A stretch of 40,039 nucleotides of DNA from an uncultured Polyangiaceae bacterium (GCA_964631985.1 CAZWAX010000004.1:1-40039); one strand, 5' to 3'. Shown: positions 17,898 to 27,469, counted from the first letter of the stretch. Numbers and translations are program-made. Notes: a model not told the origin generated them from the letters alone.

Positions 17898-20117
17898 ATG
17901 ACGCCGTCGCGACTCCATCTGACGCTCGGGCAGTTCATCGCCGCCTGCTTCGTCGCCCTTGCGGTGATCCTGACGGCGCTGCTGTCCATCTTCTACGCCG
18001 GGTCACGGCAGACGATCCTGCTCGCCTCGGAGCAGCTGATGCGGCAGGCGAGCCTGCGGGTGACGGAGCGCCTCGACGGCCACCTCGGCGAGGCCGAGCG
18101 GCTGATCGCGGCCCTCGAGTCGCAGGCGACCCGCGGCCTGATCGGCCCGGACACGATCGAGCCCGTGCTGCTCGGCGCGCTCGGCGGACCCTCGCCGCTG
18201 ACCGACGTCACCTTCACCTACGGGACGGCGGTCGGCACCTACGAGCGCGACGAGCCGCCGCACGACGCCGGCGACCTTCGCCTGTCCCGCGCCGGCGCGG
18301 GACAGGTCGCGGTGTCGCGGACGGCGACCGACGGCGACGAGACGTTGTTGCTGCGGCGCGTGCGGCCCGGTCGCGACGGCTGGCAGGCCGAGACGATCGC
18401 CGTCGGACGCGACGGCACCCGAACGTCGCCGCCGACAACGCCCGCGGCCGACGGATCGTCCCCCGATCCGACGAGGCATCCGACCTTCACCACCCCGTCG
18501 CGGCCCGAGTTTCGCGGCCGCGCGCTCTGGAGCGACCTCGCGTTCTTCGAGGCCGACGCTGGCCTCCCGGAAGCCGAGCGGCGTCGGGTCGTGAGCGTGC
18601 AGAAGGGCCTCTGGTCGGCGAGTGGCTCGTTCGCGGGCGTCGTGCGGGTGGCGCTCGAGAGCGCCCACCTCGACGAGCTCGTGCGGGTGCGCGTCGACGA
18701 CACGGTCGCCCGCGACGACCACGTCGTCTTCCTCTGCGATCGCGCCGGGCGACTGCTCTCCCGGCTCGCGCCCGCCGACCGCTTCGCGCTCGTCGATCGC
18801 GCCGGTCGTGAGGATCCCGACGGCGACGTGCGGGTCCGGCCCGCGACGCTCGCGGCGCCGGTCGCGGCGGCGCTCGCGCTGCCCGCCATGCACGAAGTGA
18901 CGAGCGCCGACGCGATGGTGCGTCGGATCGACGTCGGCGGGGTCTCCTACCTCGTCAGCATCGCGGCGCTCCTCGGCGAGCGGACCCAGGGATGGCGGGT
19001 CGGGATCGTCGTCCCCGAGGCGCACTACCTCGGCGCGCTCGCCGCGTCGCGCCGCCGCGGTCTCGTCGTCGCCGGGCTGGTAGTGCTGGCGGCCGCAGCG
19101 GCCGCCGCCGTCATGTTGCGCGCCATGCGACGCGACCTCGGCCGGCTGATCGGCGAGACCACGCATCTCCGGAGCTTCGATTTCGCGCCCTCCACGAACG
19201 GCGCCGCCACCTTCCGCGACGTCCAGGCGGCCACCCGGAGCCTCGAGCAGGCCAAGACCGCGCTCCGCGCGCTCGGCAAATACGTGCCCCTCGACTTGGT
19301 TCGCGAGCTCTACGAGGCCCACCGCGAGCCCGTCCTCGGCGCCGAGCTGCAGGACGTGACGCTGCTCTTCTCCGACGTCGCCGGCTTCCCGCCCCTGGCC
19401 GCGGCCCTCACCCCCGACGACCTCGCGACTGCCCTCGGCGCCTGTCTCGATGCCAGGACCAGGGCGATCCACGCGACCGGCGGCAGCATCGACAAGTACA
19501 CCGGCGCCGGCGTGATGGCGCTCTGGAACACCCCGCGGCCGCTCCCGGGCCATGCGCGCCGTGCCTGCGAGGCCGCGCTCGCCTGCGTCGCCGCGACCGA
19601 GGCGCTCTTTGCGAGCCCGGCCTGGCGCGGACGCGCGCCCTGGCGCACGCGCTTCGGTATCCACCGCGCCGAGGTCACCGTCGGCCACTTCGGCGCCCCC
19701 GACCGCATGAGCTTCACCGCCATGGGCGACGGCGTGAACCTGGCGTCGCGTCTCGAAGGCCTCGGCCGGCAGTACGGGGTGGCCATCATCGTGAGCGCGG
19801 CGATCGCGCGGGACGCACGCGACGCGTTCTGGCTGCGTCGCCTGGATCGCGTCGCCGTCAAAGGAAAACAGACGGGCGTCGAGATCTACGAGCTCCTCGG
19901 ACGACGCGCGGCCGGCATGCCGGCCCCAACGATCGTCGCGGCGTACGAGGCGGCGCTCGCGGCCTACTTCGCCGGCGACTTCGGGCGCGCGCTCGCGCGA
20001 TTCGACGCGCTCGTCGACGACCGGCCGAGCCGCGTCCTGGCGGCGCGTTGTCGCGAGTATCTGGCCGCCGCGCCGCCGCGGGCGTGGGACGGCGTCTTCG
20101 TCGCACGGTCGAAATAG
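17898..20117 (+). CDS. Membrane class III adenylate/guanylate cyclase with a periplasmic Cache-like sensor; catalytic segment degenerate as assembled
   Basis: Two TM helices flank a periplasmic domain. Cyclase motifs TLLFSDVAGF, IDKY.G, RFGIH, GDGVNLASRLEG and VAVKGK, then a TPR-like tail ending WDGVF. Confidence 0.9.
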   Translation: MTPSRLHLTLGQFIAACFVALAVILTALLSIFYAGSRQTILLASEQLMRQASLRVTERLDGHLGEAERLIAALESQATRGLIGPDTIEPVLLGALGGPSPLTDVTFTYGTAVGTYERDEPPHDAGDLRLSRAGAGQVAVSRTATDGDETLLLRRVRPGRDGWQAETIAVGRDGTRTSPPTTPAADGSSPDPTRHPTFTTPSRPEFRGRALWSDLAFFEADAGLPEAERRRVVSVQKGLWSASGSFAGVVRVALESAHLDELVRVRVDDTVARDDHVVFLCDRAGRLLSRLAPADRFALVDRAGREDPDGDVRVRPATLAAPVAAALALPAMHEVTSADAMVRRIDVGGVSYLVSIAALLGERTQGWRVGIVVPEAHYLGALAASRRRGLVVAGLVVLAAAAAAAVMLRAMRRDLGRLIGETTHLRSFDFAPSTNGAATFRDVQAATRSLEQAKTALRALGKYVPLDLVRELYEAHREPVLGAELQDVTLLFSDVAGFPPLAAALTPDDLATALGACLDARTRAIHATGGSIDKYTGAGVMALWNTPRPLPGHARRACEAALACVAATEALFASPAWRGRAPWRTRFGIHRAEVTVGHFGAPDRMSFTAMGDGVNLASRLEGLGRQYGVAIIVSAAIARDARDAFWLRRLDRVAVKGKQTGVEIYELLGRRAAGMPAPTIVAAYEAALAAYFAGDFGRALARFDALVDDRPSRVLAARCREYLAAAPPRAWDGVFVARSK

Positions 20118-20250
20118 GCGAGGCCTCTCACCGGTGGCGTCCGGGGTTCGAAGCGGGACACGACCCTCGCCGCCTGACGACGCGCGTCTTGACTGTCGCG
20201 ACCGCCGCCCGCTAGCGAGTCCCGACATTTCGTCGAACGGAGGCCCCCTG

Positions 20251-22758
20251 ATGCGTTCGCGCTTCGCCTTCACCGGCACGCTCGCCGCGTGCGTCGTGCT
20301 CCTCGCCGCCTCGGTCCAAGCCCAGACCACCCTCACGGGCGGACGCACGCTCGCGATGAAGACGAAGGCCGGTTTCAAGTCGACCGGCACCATCAACGTC
20401 GTGAAGGATCCGGAGCTGTACGCGCTCAGCAATCCCCTCTGTCCGGCGATCTCGACGCTGCGGCTCTCCTCGTCGAGCCAGGTGAAGGCGGAGATCGCCC
20501 TCCCCTGCGCCAACTGGTCGATCGCGGGCGGCGGCTTCGCCTACAAGGACAAGCTCGGCGCCGCCGGCGGCGTGCAGCGCATCGTCTACAAGGGCGGCAA
20601 GCTCGGCATCAAGATGAAGGGCGCGTCGTTCTCGCCGCTCGCCGGGCCCGTGACGTTCGCCGAGGTGCGGATGCGGGTCGGGTCGACGCGCTATTGCGGG
20701 CGGTTCCAGACCTTCAAGCCGAACGAGGCGGCGCGCCTCGGCGGCAAGGGACCGACGGTCGCATGCCAGCCGATCTGCGGCGACGGCATCGTCGATCCGA
20801 CCGAAGTCTGCGACGACGGCAATGTACAGAACGGCGACGGCTGCGACGCCACCTGCACGCCGACCGCGTGCGGCAACGGCGTCGTCACCGGCAGCGAGAC
20901 CTGCGACGACGGCAACGCCGCAATCGGCGACGGCTGCCGCCCGGACTGCACCACCGAGGTTTGCGGCGACGGCATCACCGACCCGGCCGAGCAATGCGAC
21001 GACGGCAACGGGAGTGACGGCGATTGCTGCTCGGCCGCTTGCAGCGCCGAGGACGGCGGCCCGTGCTCCGACGGCGATCTCTGCACCAGCGGCGACGTCT
21101 GCGTCGGCGCGACCTGCGTCGGGGCGGCCGTGAAGCCGTGGATCAACGAGTTCGACTACGACGACTTCGCGCTCGGCGGCAACATCGACCGCGACGAGTT
21201 CGTCGAGATCGCGGCGCCCGCCGGCACCGACCTCGGCGGCTACACCCTGCATGCGGTCGAAGGCTATGCCGGCTGCAACTTCACCGTCTTCCCGGGCGTC
21301 ACGACCGGGAACGCCAACTTCAGCGTCACCCTCCCGGCCGGCACGGTCGTTCCCGACGACACCGGGCTCGGCGTCGGGTTCGTGGTGGTCTGTTTCAGCT
21401 ACACCTCCGAGCGCCACGTCGCCGCCGGCGAGTGCGACCTCGTGCTCCCGGCGCCGAACACCGAGACCAATCTCCAGAACGGCGACTTCCTGAACCAGTC
21501 CCTCTGGGGCTGTCCCGACGGCATCCTCCTGCTCGATCCCGTGGGCGGGCTCGCCGACGCCGTCAGCTACGAGGGCACCGTCCCGAGCGTCGGCAATTAC
21601 GGCCCCCTCTTCCACGTGACGCCGTACACCGCCGGCGTGGACCAGGGCTTCAAGACCGGCGTCTCGTTCGAGAAGCGGACGCAGATCGGGCGCGCCGTCG
21701 CCGCCGCCGAGTGGGATTTGTCCGGCAGCTGCACCGACGCCGGCCTCTTCGACCTCACCTGCACCGAGCTCTCCGACTCGCCCGGCCGCGAGAATCCCGG
21801 CCAGGACCTGCACTGCCCCGAGCTCTTCTGCGGCGACGGCGTCACCTCGGCGGGCGAGCAATGCGACGAGGGTGCCGCCAACTCCGATGCCCCCGACGGG
21901 ACGTGCCGCACCGACTGCACCCTCGCCCGCTGCGGCGACGGCATCGTCGATCCCGGCGCCGGCGAGGTCTGTGAGCAGGATGCGCAATGCGCGCCCGGCG
22001 AGACGTGTTTCGGCTGCCAATGCTTCACCGGCTCGCCGCTCGGTCCGCTCGATTTCAGCGTCGCCCCGGGTCCGTCGGCGGCGACGGTGACCGACGACGG
22101 CGAGTCGAGCTGGCTCAGCGTGACGCCGACGTTCGGCATCAACAACGGCACGCAGGGCAACTTCAACCCGGGACCGCTGCACCTCGCGGCCGGATTTCCC
22201 GACGCCAACGGCCGGACGCCGCTGTACCTGACCGCCACCGCCTACGTCGGCGGCAGCGTCCCGTCGCTCGCCGGCAGCGGGCGCGCGTGTGTCCGGATCG
22301 AGCAGGATCCCGTGCACGCGGGTGAGATCGATTGCGACGGCGGCAGCAACTACGACGTGGATCTGGTCGTGGACAGCGGCGGCACCGGCGCGAACGGCAC
22401 GTCGACGCTCACCGTCGGCGCCGGCGCGGGTGACTCCGGCGCCGGCGCCGCCGTGATCCGCGTGCGCGTGACCCCCGCGCTCACGACCGACGGCAGCACG
22501 CCGTGCACGGACGCGGACTATACGACGACACCGCCGATCGCGACCGCCTTCACCACCGCCCTCGCCACGAGCACCATCCTGAACCCGCGCCAGGGCGGCG
22601 CGCAGACCCTCGTGTCCCTCACCGGCAAGCCGTTCGATTGCGTCGCCTGGACCGAGAACGGCCCCGCGAGCATCGCCGCGCCGAACCTCAACATGGACGT
22701 GACGCTGCCGGTGGTGGGCACGCTCGACATCGCGCAGGTGCTGCGGCTGAACGATTGA
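20251..22758 (+). CDS. Large secreted protein with myxobacterial-type Cys-rich repeats (DUF4215-like) and a lamin-tail-like domain
   Basis: RBS GGAGG and a signal peptide. Repeats CGDGIVDPTEVCDDGN, CGNGVVTGSETCDDGN and CGDGITDPAEQCDDGN; LTD-like PWINEFDYD...EFVEI...DLGGYTL...DAVSYEG. Confidence 0.88.
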   Translation: MRSRFAFTGTLAACVVLLAASVQAQTTLTGGRTLAMKTKAGFKSTGTINVVKDPELYALSNPLCPAISTLRLSSSSQVKAEIALPCANWSIAGGGFAYKDKLGAAGGVQRIVYKGGKLGIKMKGASFSPLAGPVTFAEVRMRVGSTRYCGRFQTFKPNEAARLGGKGPTVACQPICGDGIVDPTEVCDDGNVQNGDGCDATCTPTACGNGVVTGSETCDDGNAAIGDGCRPDCTTEVCGDGITDPAEQCDDGNGSDGDCCSAACSAEDGGPCSDGDLCTSGDVCVGATCVGAAVKPWINEFDYDDFALGGNIDRDEFVEIAAPAGTDLGGYTLHAVEGYAGCNFTVFPGVTTGNANFSVTLPAGTVVPDDTGLGVGFVVVCFSYTSERHVAAGECDLVLPAPNTETNLQNGDFLNQSLWGCPDGILLLDPVGGLADAVSYEGTVPSVGNYGPLFHVTPYTAGVDQGFKTGVSFEKRTQIGRAVAAAEWDLSGSCTDAGLFDLTCTELSDSPGRENPGQDLHCPELFCGDGVTSAGEQCDEGAANSDAPDGTCRTDCTLARCGDGIVDPGAGEVCEQDAQCAPGETCFGCQCFTGSPLGPLDFSVAPGPSAATVTDDGESSWLSVTPTFGINNGTQGNFNPGPLHLAAGFPDANGRTPLYLTATAYVGGSVPSLAGSGRACVRIEQDPVHAGEIDCDGGSNYDVDLVVDSGGTGANGTSTLTVGAGAGDSGAGAAVIRVRVTPALTTDGSTPCTDADYTTTPPIATAFTTALATSTILNPRQGGAQTLVSLTGKPFDCVAWTENGPASIAAPNLNMDVTLPVVGTLDIAQVLRLND

Positions 22759-22811
22759 GCTACGTCACCGGCGGCCGATGCGGACTATCGGCTCGTCGGC
22801 TGGTCACGGGA

Positions 22812-23533
22812 TCACAAACCGCCTCGTACGGCGCGCGCCGGGAACATCCCGCCCTTCGATAAGGTCTGGATCGCGCCGGAAGTGTCCACCAACCAGGCGA
22901 ATGCGGGGGATTGTGCGTCCGTCGTGGCGGACCAATGAGCGCCCTTGCTCAGACCCAATGCTGGTTCGACGCAAGGGAAGGCACAATAAAAGGGCTCAGG
23001 CCGCAGGATCGTCAAGAGCTCGTACACCGTCGGCCGGCGCCAGTCGCCCTGATAGGTCAATCCCTGCACGGCGGGGAGGAAGTCCGTGAAGATGGTCCCA
23101 TGCGCTCCGCCCGGCGACAATGGTGTGTAGGATCAGCTGTACTCGTTGTCGAGGTCGTGGACCGACGAGTCATCGGTCTTCTTCTCCCACTGCAGTCCGG
23201 TCAGGTTGTCCAATACGGTGCCGTCGCTGTTGTCGACGAACCGCGGAGCGTCACACGTCGATCCCGTACCGCTCGCTTCCGCCTGAAGCTTGTCCCAGGT
23301 CGTCACGTATTCGATGCGGCACCTCGAGAGTGACCTCCAGTGGTCGAACGTGAACGGACTCGAGTAGAATTTTCCCAGCACCTTCTGCTGGCACGCACCG
23401 TACTTCGCGGCCGCGAGGTAGCAACCCTTCTGGCATGCTTGCTCCGGAGTCGCCGCGTTTACTGAAGTCGCGAGAAACGCCAGGCCGCGGCCGCGATAGA
23501 GCAAACGATCCGCACGCTCGAACCTGAGGTCAT
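22812..23533 (-). pseudogene. DUF1566 (Lcl C-terminal, CLec-like) secreted protein, disrupted
   Basis: RFVDNSDGTVLDNLTGLQWEKK...NEYS*...DWRRPTVYEL...HWSATT...AWLV...RAVRGGL. The two ORF-track pieces are in frame, split by a TGA at 23133-23135. A second lesion, a frameshift near 23485, lies in the signal peptide. Confidence 0.85.
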
Positions 23534-23547
23534 GAATCGCTCGTCAC

Positions 23548-25458
23548 TCAGTCTGCCTTGTCCTTGAGCTGGACATCGTCCTGCCGCTGGAACGCGCCGG
23601 AATAGACCGCCTCCCAACATGCCGGCGACGGCAGCGTGTTGGAGAGCTGCACCGTGAGTGGCGCGGCCAGCGAGGCGAGCGCCGGCATGGGCAACGACGC
23701 GCCCTTCCCCTTCACCTGGATCCTCGCCTTCCCGGTGACGAGCCCTTCCTTCAGTTGGACCCCGACGACACCGTCGGGAGCGCCCGACTTGCGCTTGAAG
23801 CTGAAGCCCTTGGCGCTCTCTTTCCAGCCGACGCCCGACGGAATGCCGACCGTCATGGCGAGCCCGCCGCCGTCGTAGACGCAGAGACGATAGCTGGTCG
23901 TCGTGGTCGGCTGGCCGAAGGCGCTTTTCGGCGTCACCGGACCGGGCTGCCACTTCCATTGCAGCTGGTCCTTCGTGCTCGGCATGCGGTCCGCGAGCTT
24001 GACGGTCGCTTTCGCCGATTGCGTGGGTTGTGCGCATCCCGCCATCGGCGTCGGGGCGCAGTCGAGGAGACACGTGGCCGAGCAGCCGTCCCCGCCGGTG
24101 AGGTTGCCGTCGTCGCACTCTTCGCCACGGTCGACCGTGCCGTCGCCGCACACCGACGCCCGGACGAACGCATCCTGGACCGCGTTCGTGTCACCGGCGA
24201 CCAAATTGGTGGCGTCGCTCACGAAGAGCACGGCGACGCCGCCGTCCGCGACGCCGAGTGACACGCTGTCGGCATCGCCTTCTGCGCCACCGACCGACAG
24301 GCTCATCCGCTCGGTCGTCTCCGCTTCGCGATCACGGAGAAACACGTCGTAGCACGACCCGAACTCGCAGAGGTTGGTATCGCCCGGCACCAGATTGCTG
24401 GCCCGACTGGTAAAGGTGACGAAACGCCCGTCGCTCGTCACCCGACCGCCGAAGCTGCTGTCGTTGCCGTGCGCACCATCGGTGCCGACACTGACGACCT
24501 CGGTCTTCCCGAGGTCGCGGTCGCGGAAATAGACGCGCGTGGGATTCGCCCCCGACACAAGACGGTAAGTGTAGAAGCGTGCAAACTCGAGGGGGCCAAT
24601 GCTGGAGATCTGCGTCGGATTCAGCCCGACGCGTTCCCAGGAGTTGCTCTCGCGGTCGAAGATGATGAGCCGGCGCAGACGCGTGTCCTCGTCGCACGAG
24701 AACTGATCGTCGTGCAGAAACATCACGAAGCGCCCGTCGCCCGAGATGCTCGGGCTGAGGTTGTCCCCCGTGTCGCACTCGCTCTCCCCGAAGAAGTTCA
24801 GCCAATAGGAGATCCATCGGGTGGTGCCCGCTACCCGATCGCGGATGAAGATGTCCTGGTAGCTGTCGTCCACCGACGTCAGGTCATGGTTGCCGCTCTG
24901 GAAGACGACGAAGTGCCCGTCGTCCGAAACGCGGCAGCTTCGCCCGCTGGCCTCTCCTTCGCCGTCGGTGATGCTCACCCGTTCGGTGGTGCCGTTGACA
25001 CGGTCGTGGAGGAAGCAATCCATCGCGTCGTTCGTGTCGCCGGCCACGAGATTGGACGCGAGGCTCTCGAACACCACCCAGCGTCCGTCGGCGGAGATGT
25101 CGGGATTGCCCGATCCACCGTTGCCTTCCGCCCCCACGGAATCGACGCTCACCCGCGTCGTAGTGGCCGTCACCCGATTCCGGACGAAGACGTCGCCACA
25201 GTTCTCGGTGACCTCATTGCCATCGTCATCGCATTGGTTGGTGTCGCCGACGATCAGATTGTTTGCCGTACTGGAGAATGCCACCCACTGTCCGTCCGGC
25301 GTCATGGTCGCCGTGAGCGTCTCGCCGTCGGCGGCCCCGCCATCCGCAGCGATGCTGACCAATTCGGTGGTTGCGGCCCCCGCGTCGCGGGCGTCAGACA
25401 TCGCACCGACGACGACCATCGCCACGACCCAACCCAGACGCAGGCGCTGCTGCTTCAT
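23548..25458 (-). CDS. Secreted TolB-like (PD40) beta-propeller protein with a Cys-rich repeat and a Lys-rich C-terminal domain
   Basis: RBS GAGGAG and a signal peptide. Repeats ISADGRWVVFESLASNLVAGDTN...DxFxxDR; CGDGTVDRGEECDDGN. Confidence 0.9.
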   Translation of the reverse strand: MKQQRLRLGWVVAMVVVGAMSDARDAGAATTELVSIAADGGAADGETLTATMTPDGQWVAFSSTANNLIVGDTNQCDDDGNEVTENCGDVFVRNRVTATTTRVSVDSVGAEGNGGSGNPDISADGRWVVFESLASNLVAGDTNDAMDCFLHDRVNGTTERVSITDGEGEASGRSCRVSDDGHFVVFQSGNHDLTSVDDSYQDIFIRDRVAGTTRWISYWLNFFGESECDTGDNLSPSISGDGRFVMFLHDDQFSCDEDTRLRRLIIFDRESNSWERVGLNPTQISSIGPLEFARFYTYRLVSGANPTRVYFRDRDLGKTEVVSVGTDGAHGNDSSFGGRVTSDGRFVTFTSRASNLVPGDTNLCEFGSCYDVFLRDREAETTERMSLSVGGAEGDADSVSLGVADGGVAVLFVSDATNLVAGDTNAVQDAFVRASVCGDGTVDRGEECDDGNLTGGDGCSATCLLDCAPTPMAGCAQPTQSAKATVKLADRMPSTKDQLQWKWQPGPVTPKSAFGQPTTTTSYRLCVYDGGGLAMTVGIPSGVGWKESAKGFSFKRKSGAPDGVVGVQLKEGLVTGKARIQVKGKGASLPMPALASLAAPLTVQLSNTLPSPACWEAVYSGAFQRQDDVQLKDKAD

Positions 25459-25589
25459 ACGAGCTCCTCGAAATAGGATTGCGATGCACCGATCAACGTC
25501 ACGCAGGATCACCCGACGCTCCCGTGAAGATCAAGGGAAATCCATGTGCGCCATATTGGCGCGGTTGGACTGCCCTTCGCTTCAACGTC

Positions 25590-26003
25590 TCAAGGAACCC
25601 CCGAGAGCAGGGTCAGAAGCTCGCAGTTCTTGATCTTCCCGTCCGGCGCGTCGTCGTCACTGGCGACGACGATGTCATCGCCGCCGCCACCGCTGAAGGT
25701 GTCGCCCCCCGGCAGCCGCACGACAACCATCGCCGGCAGGCACCGCGCCTCGGGCAACATCAAATGATCGACCGGGACCATCACTTGTTCGGGGTCGAGC
25801 CCGAGTTGCTTCGCCACTTCCTCGATGGTGTCGATCGACGTGCCGTCGAGGTGCGTCTGGCAGGCCTCGCGCAAGCGGCCATAGCTCGCGCGGATGCCGA
25901 AGCCTTCGAGCAGCGACTTCAGCGCCGCCGGCCCGCAATCCATCGCCGACGTCTGAACGATCTCGGGAACGATGCGGCGGCGAGTCCCGCGCCCGAAGAT
26001 CAC
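25590..26003 (-). pseudogene. Truncated peptidase-C39 domain (N-terminus of a peptide-exporting ABC transporter) with an unrelated tail
   Basis: VPEIVQTSAMDCGPAALKSLLEGFGIRASYGRLREACQT...GTSI...LGL is a C39 N-terminus. Similarity stops at VVRLPGG, before the catalytic His; there is no TMD or ATPase. Confidence 0.8.
25794..25823. repeat. 30-bp imperfect direct repeat, copy 1
   Basis: gtcgagcccgagttgcttcgccacttcctc matches 37447-37476 at 27/30 positions. Confidence 0.7.
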
Positions 26004-26090
26004 GACGCCCCGGGCGCCGATGCGGGGAAGCTCGCGACGGGCCGCGTGAGCATCTGGCCGGCGGCGCGCATCGTCAGGACCCAGGGTGAG
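26000..26090 (-). pseudogene. Possible 3' remnant of an HlyD-type membrane-fusion gene
   Basis: PWVLTMRAAGQMLTRPVASFPASAPGAS*; its stop overlaps the C39 start (GTGA), as in hlyD/C39-ABC operons. Recognition is from memory and the match is short. Confidence 0.35.
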
Positions 26091-26131
26091 GTTGACGAGG
26101 AGTTTTTAGCGGCCGATTCCGTCTGATCCGA

Positions 26132-27409
26132 TCAATTATCCCTGATGAAGAGCCCGGCAGCCGCGAACGCGTTGCTGTTTGCGTCGAAGATCTGCAGGTC
26201 CAAGAACTCGAGCGACGAGCACAGGGGAAGACCGGGTTGTCCGAGATTATTGAGGGCCGCGTTGGCGCTGGTCTTGTGCTTCACCTTCCCGGCGGTCAGC
26301 GTGAAAGGGAACAGGGCTGGGAAATCGATGAGCGTGAGATCGCCAAGATCGCGGTCGTCGAACGTCGTGCGCGCAAGGGCGGTGATGGCGCCGGGACCGC
26401 TCGCGGGGCCACCGGTGCCGTCGAGTATCCCACTGAGCGTCATGGTGAGGAGGATGTCGGCTGTGTCCCCAGGTGGATTATTGGGGTGCACGACCTTGTT
26501 CGTGCCGGGCTTCGCCCCGAGCTGTCCCGAGGCGCCCGGACCCCAGTGCCATCCGTCCGACGGAGATCCGTCCAGGTCGTTGAACGTCTCCGGAGCGGCA
26601 CACGCTTGGTCGCCACCCTCCGTCGTCGTGTTGGGCGGGCTGCCGCCTTCTTCGGGGTCGTCGCACGGCACGAAGGCTTGCACGAACGAGGTCCCAAAGG
26701 TCTTGGCGCTCGTCGGATGCTGCAACAAGCAGTCGTTGGGGGTCAAGATCCCGCCGCTGGCGAAAACGTTGTCATTCGCGTCGCGAATCCTCACGCTCAC
26801 GATCTCGACCGACGCGCACATGGGAAGACTGGGTTTCGAGCTTCCATTCAGCAGCACGTTGTAGCTCGTCTTCATCTTCACCGTTCCGGCAGTGAGCGGA
26901 AAGCCGAACTCGGTCGGAGACTCGACGATCGTGAGATCGCCGTTGGCGCGGTCCTCCATGGTCGTGCGCGTCACAATGGCGAGGGTGCCGTTCCCGCTCG
27001 CGGGGCCGGGGGCGCCGTCGACGATCCCTTTGAGGTTCATGGAAATGAGGAGGTCGCCGCTGTTCCCCGACGGATTGAGAGCGCTCGGGGGGAGCTTGCT
27101 CTTTCCCGGCCTTATCTGCACGGTCCCCGAAGAGGTTGGACCCCACAGCCATCCGTTCGCCGGAGATCCGGCTTGCTCGTTGAACGTCTCGGGAGGTTGG
27201 CATGCGGGAACGAGGCCGCCGTTCGCCGCCACGTTGGGCACGTTGCCGCCGGGTTCGTTGCACGGCACGAAGGCTTGGACGAACGAGACCTGGAAGGTCT
27301 TTGCCTTGTTCGGGTGCTCGAACGCGCACTGGGCCTGCGCCGGAGCGCTGCTGGCGAGCAGGGCGAGGCCTGCCGTAGTGATCGTCGACAGGATGGGCAA
27401 TCGCCTCAT
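26132..27409 (-). CDS. Secreted protein made of two tandem ~200-aa homologous domains
   Basis: RBS GGAGG, ATG 27409 and a signal peptide. CAFEHPNKAKTFQVSFVQAFVPC...PETFN...GSPANGWLWGP is repeated as CLLQHPTSAKTFGTSFVQAFVPC...PETFN...GSPSDGWHWGP. Confidence 0.85.
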   Translation of the reverse strand: MRRLPILSTITTAGLALLASSAPAQAQCAFEHPNKAKTFQVSFVQAFVPCNEPGGNVPNVAANGGLVPACQPPETFNEQAGSPANGWLWGPTSSGTVQIRPGKSKLPPSALNPSGNSGDLLISMNLKGIVDGAPGPASGNGTLAIVTRTTMEDRANGDLTIVESPTEFGFPLTAGTVKMKTSYNVLLNGSSKPSLPMCASVEIVSVRIRDANDNVFASGGILTPNDCLLQHPTSAKTFGTSFVQAFVPCDDPEEGGSPPNTTTEGGDQACAAPETFNDLDGSPSDGWHWGPGASGQLGAKPGTNKVVHPNNPPGDTADILLTMTLSGILDGTGGPASGPGAITALARTTFDDRDLGDLTLIDFPALFPFTLTAGKVKHKTSANAALNNLGQPGLPLCSSLEFLDLQIFDANSNAFAAAGLFIRDN

Positions 27410-27439
27410 GGTCACCTCCAAGTGTGGCAAGACCGCCGC

Positions 27440-27469
27440 AGTAAAGGCGATCGCGCGAGGCGCTGTCAA
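27440..27469 (-). promoter_or_regulatory. Candidate sigma70-type promoter
   Basis: TTGACA-N18-TTTACT about 30 nt upstream of ATG 27409. The -35 is perfect; the -10 is weak. Confidence 0.35.

Noticed and set aside
23133-23135. Selenocysteine or recoded TGA in the DUF1566 gene
   Set aside because: The position corresponds to Trp, not Cys. The gene also has a frameshift, and TGA is the usual stop throughout the window.
19386-23533. Diversity-generating retroelement in this window
   Set aside because: No reverse transcriptase and no TR/VR pair found. The cyclase changes include T>G and T>C, which are not adenine-specific.
25590-26003. Functional bacteriocin/RiPP cluster
   Set aside because: The C39 domain lacks its catalytic His and transporter domains, and no precursor or modification enzyme is nearby.
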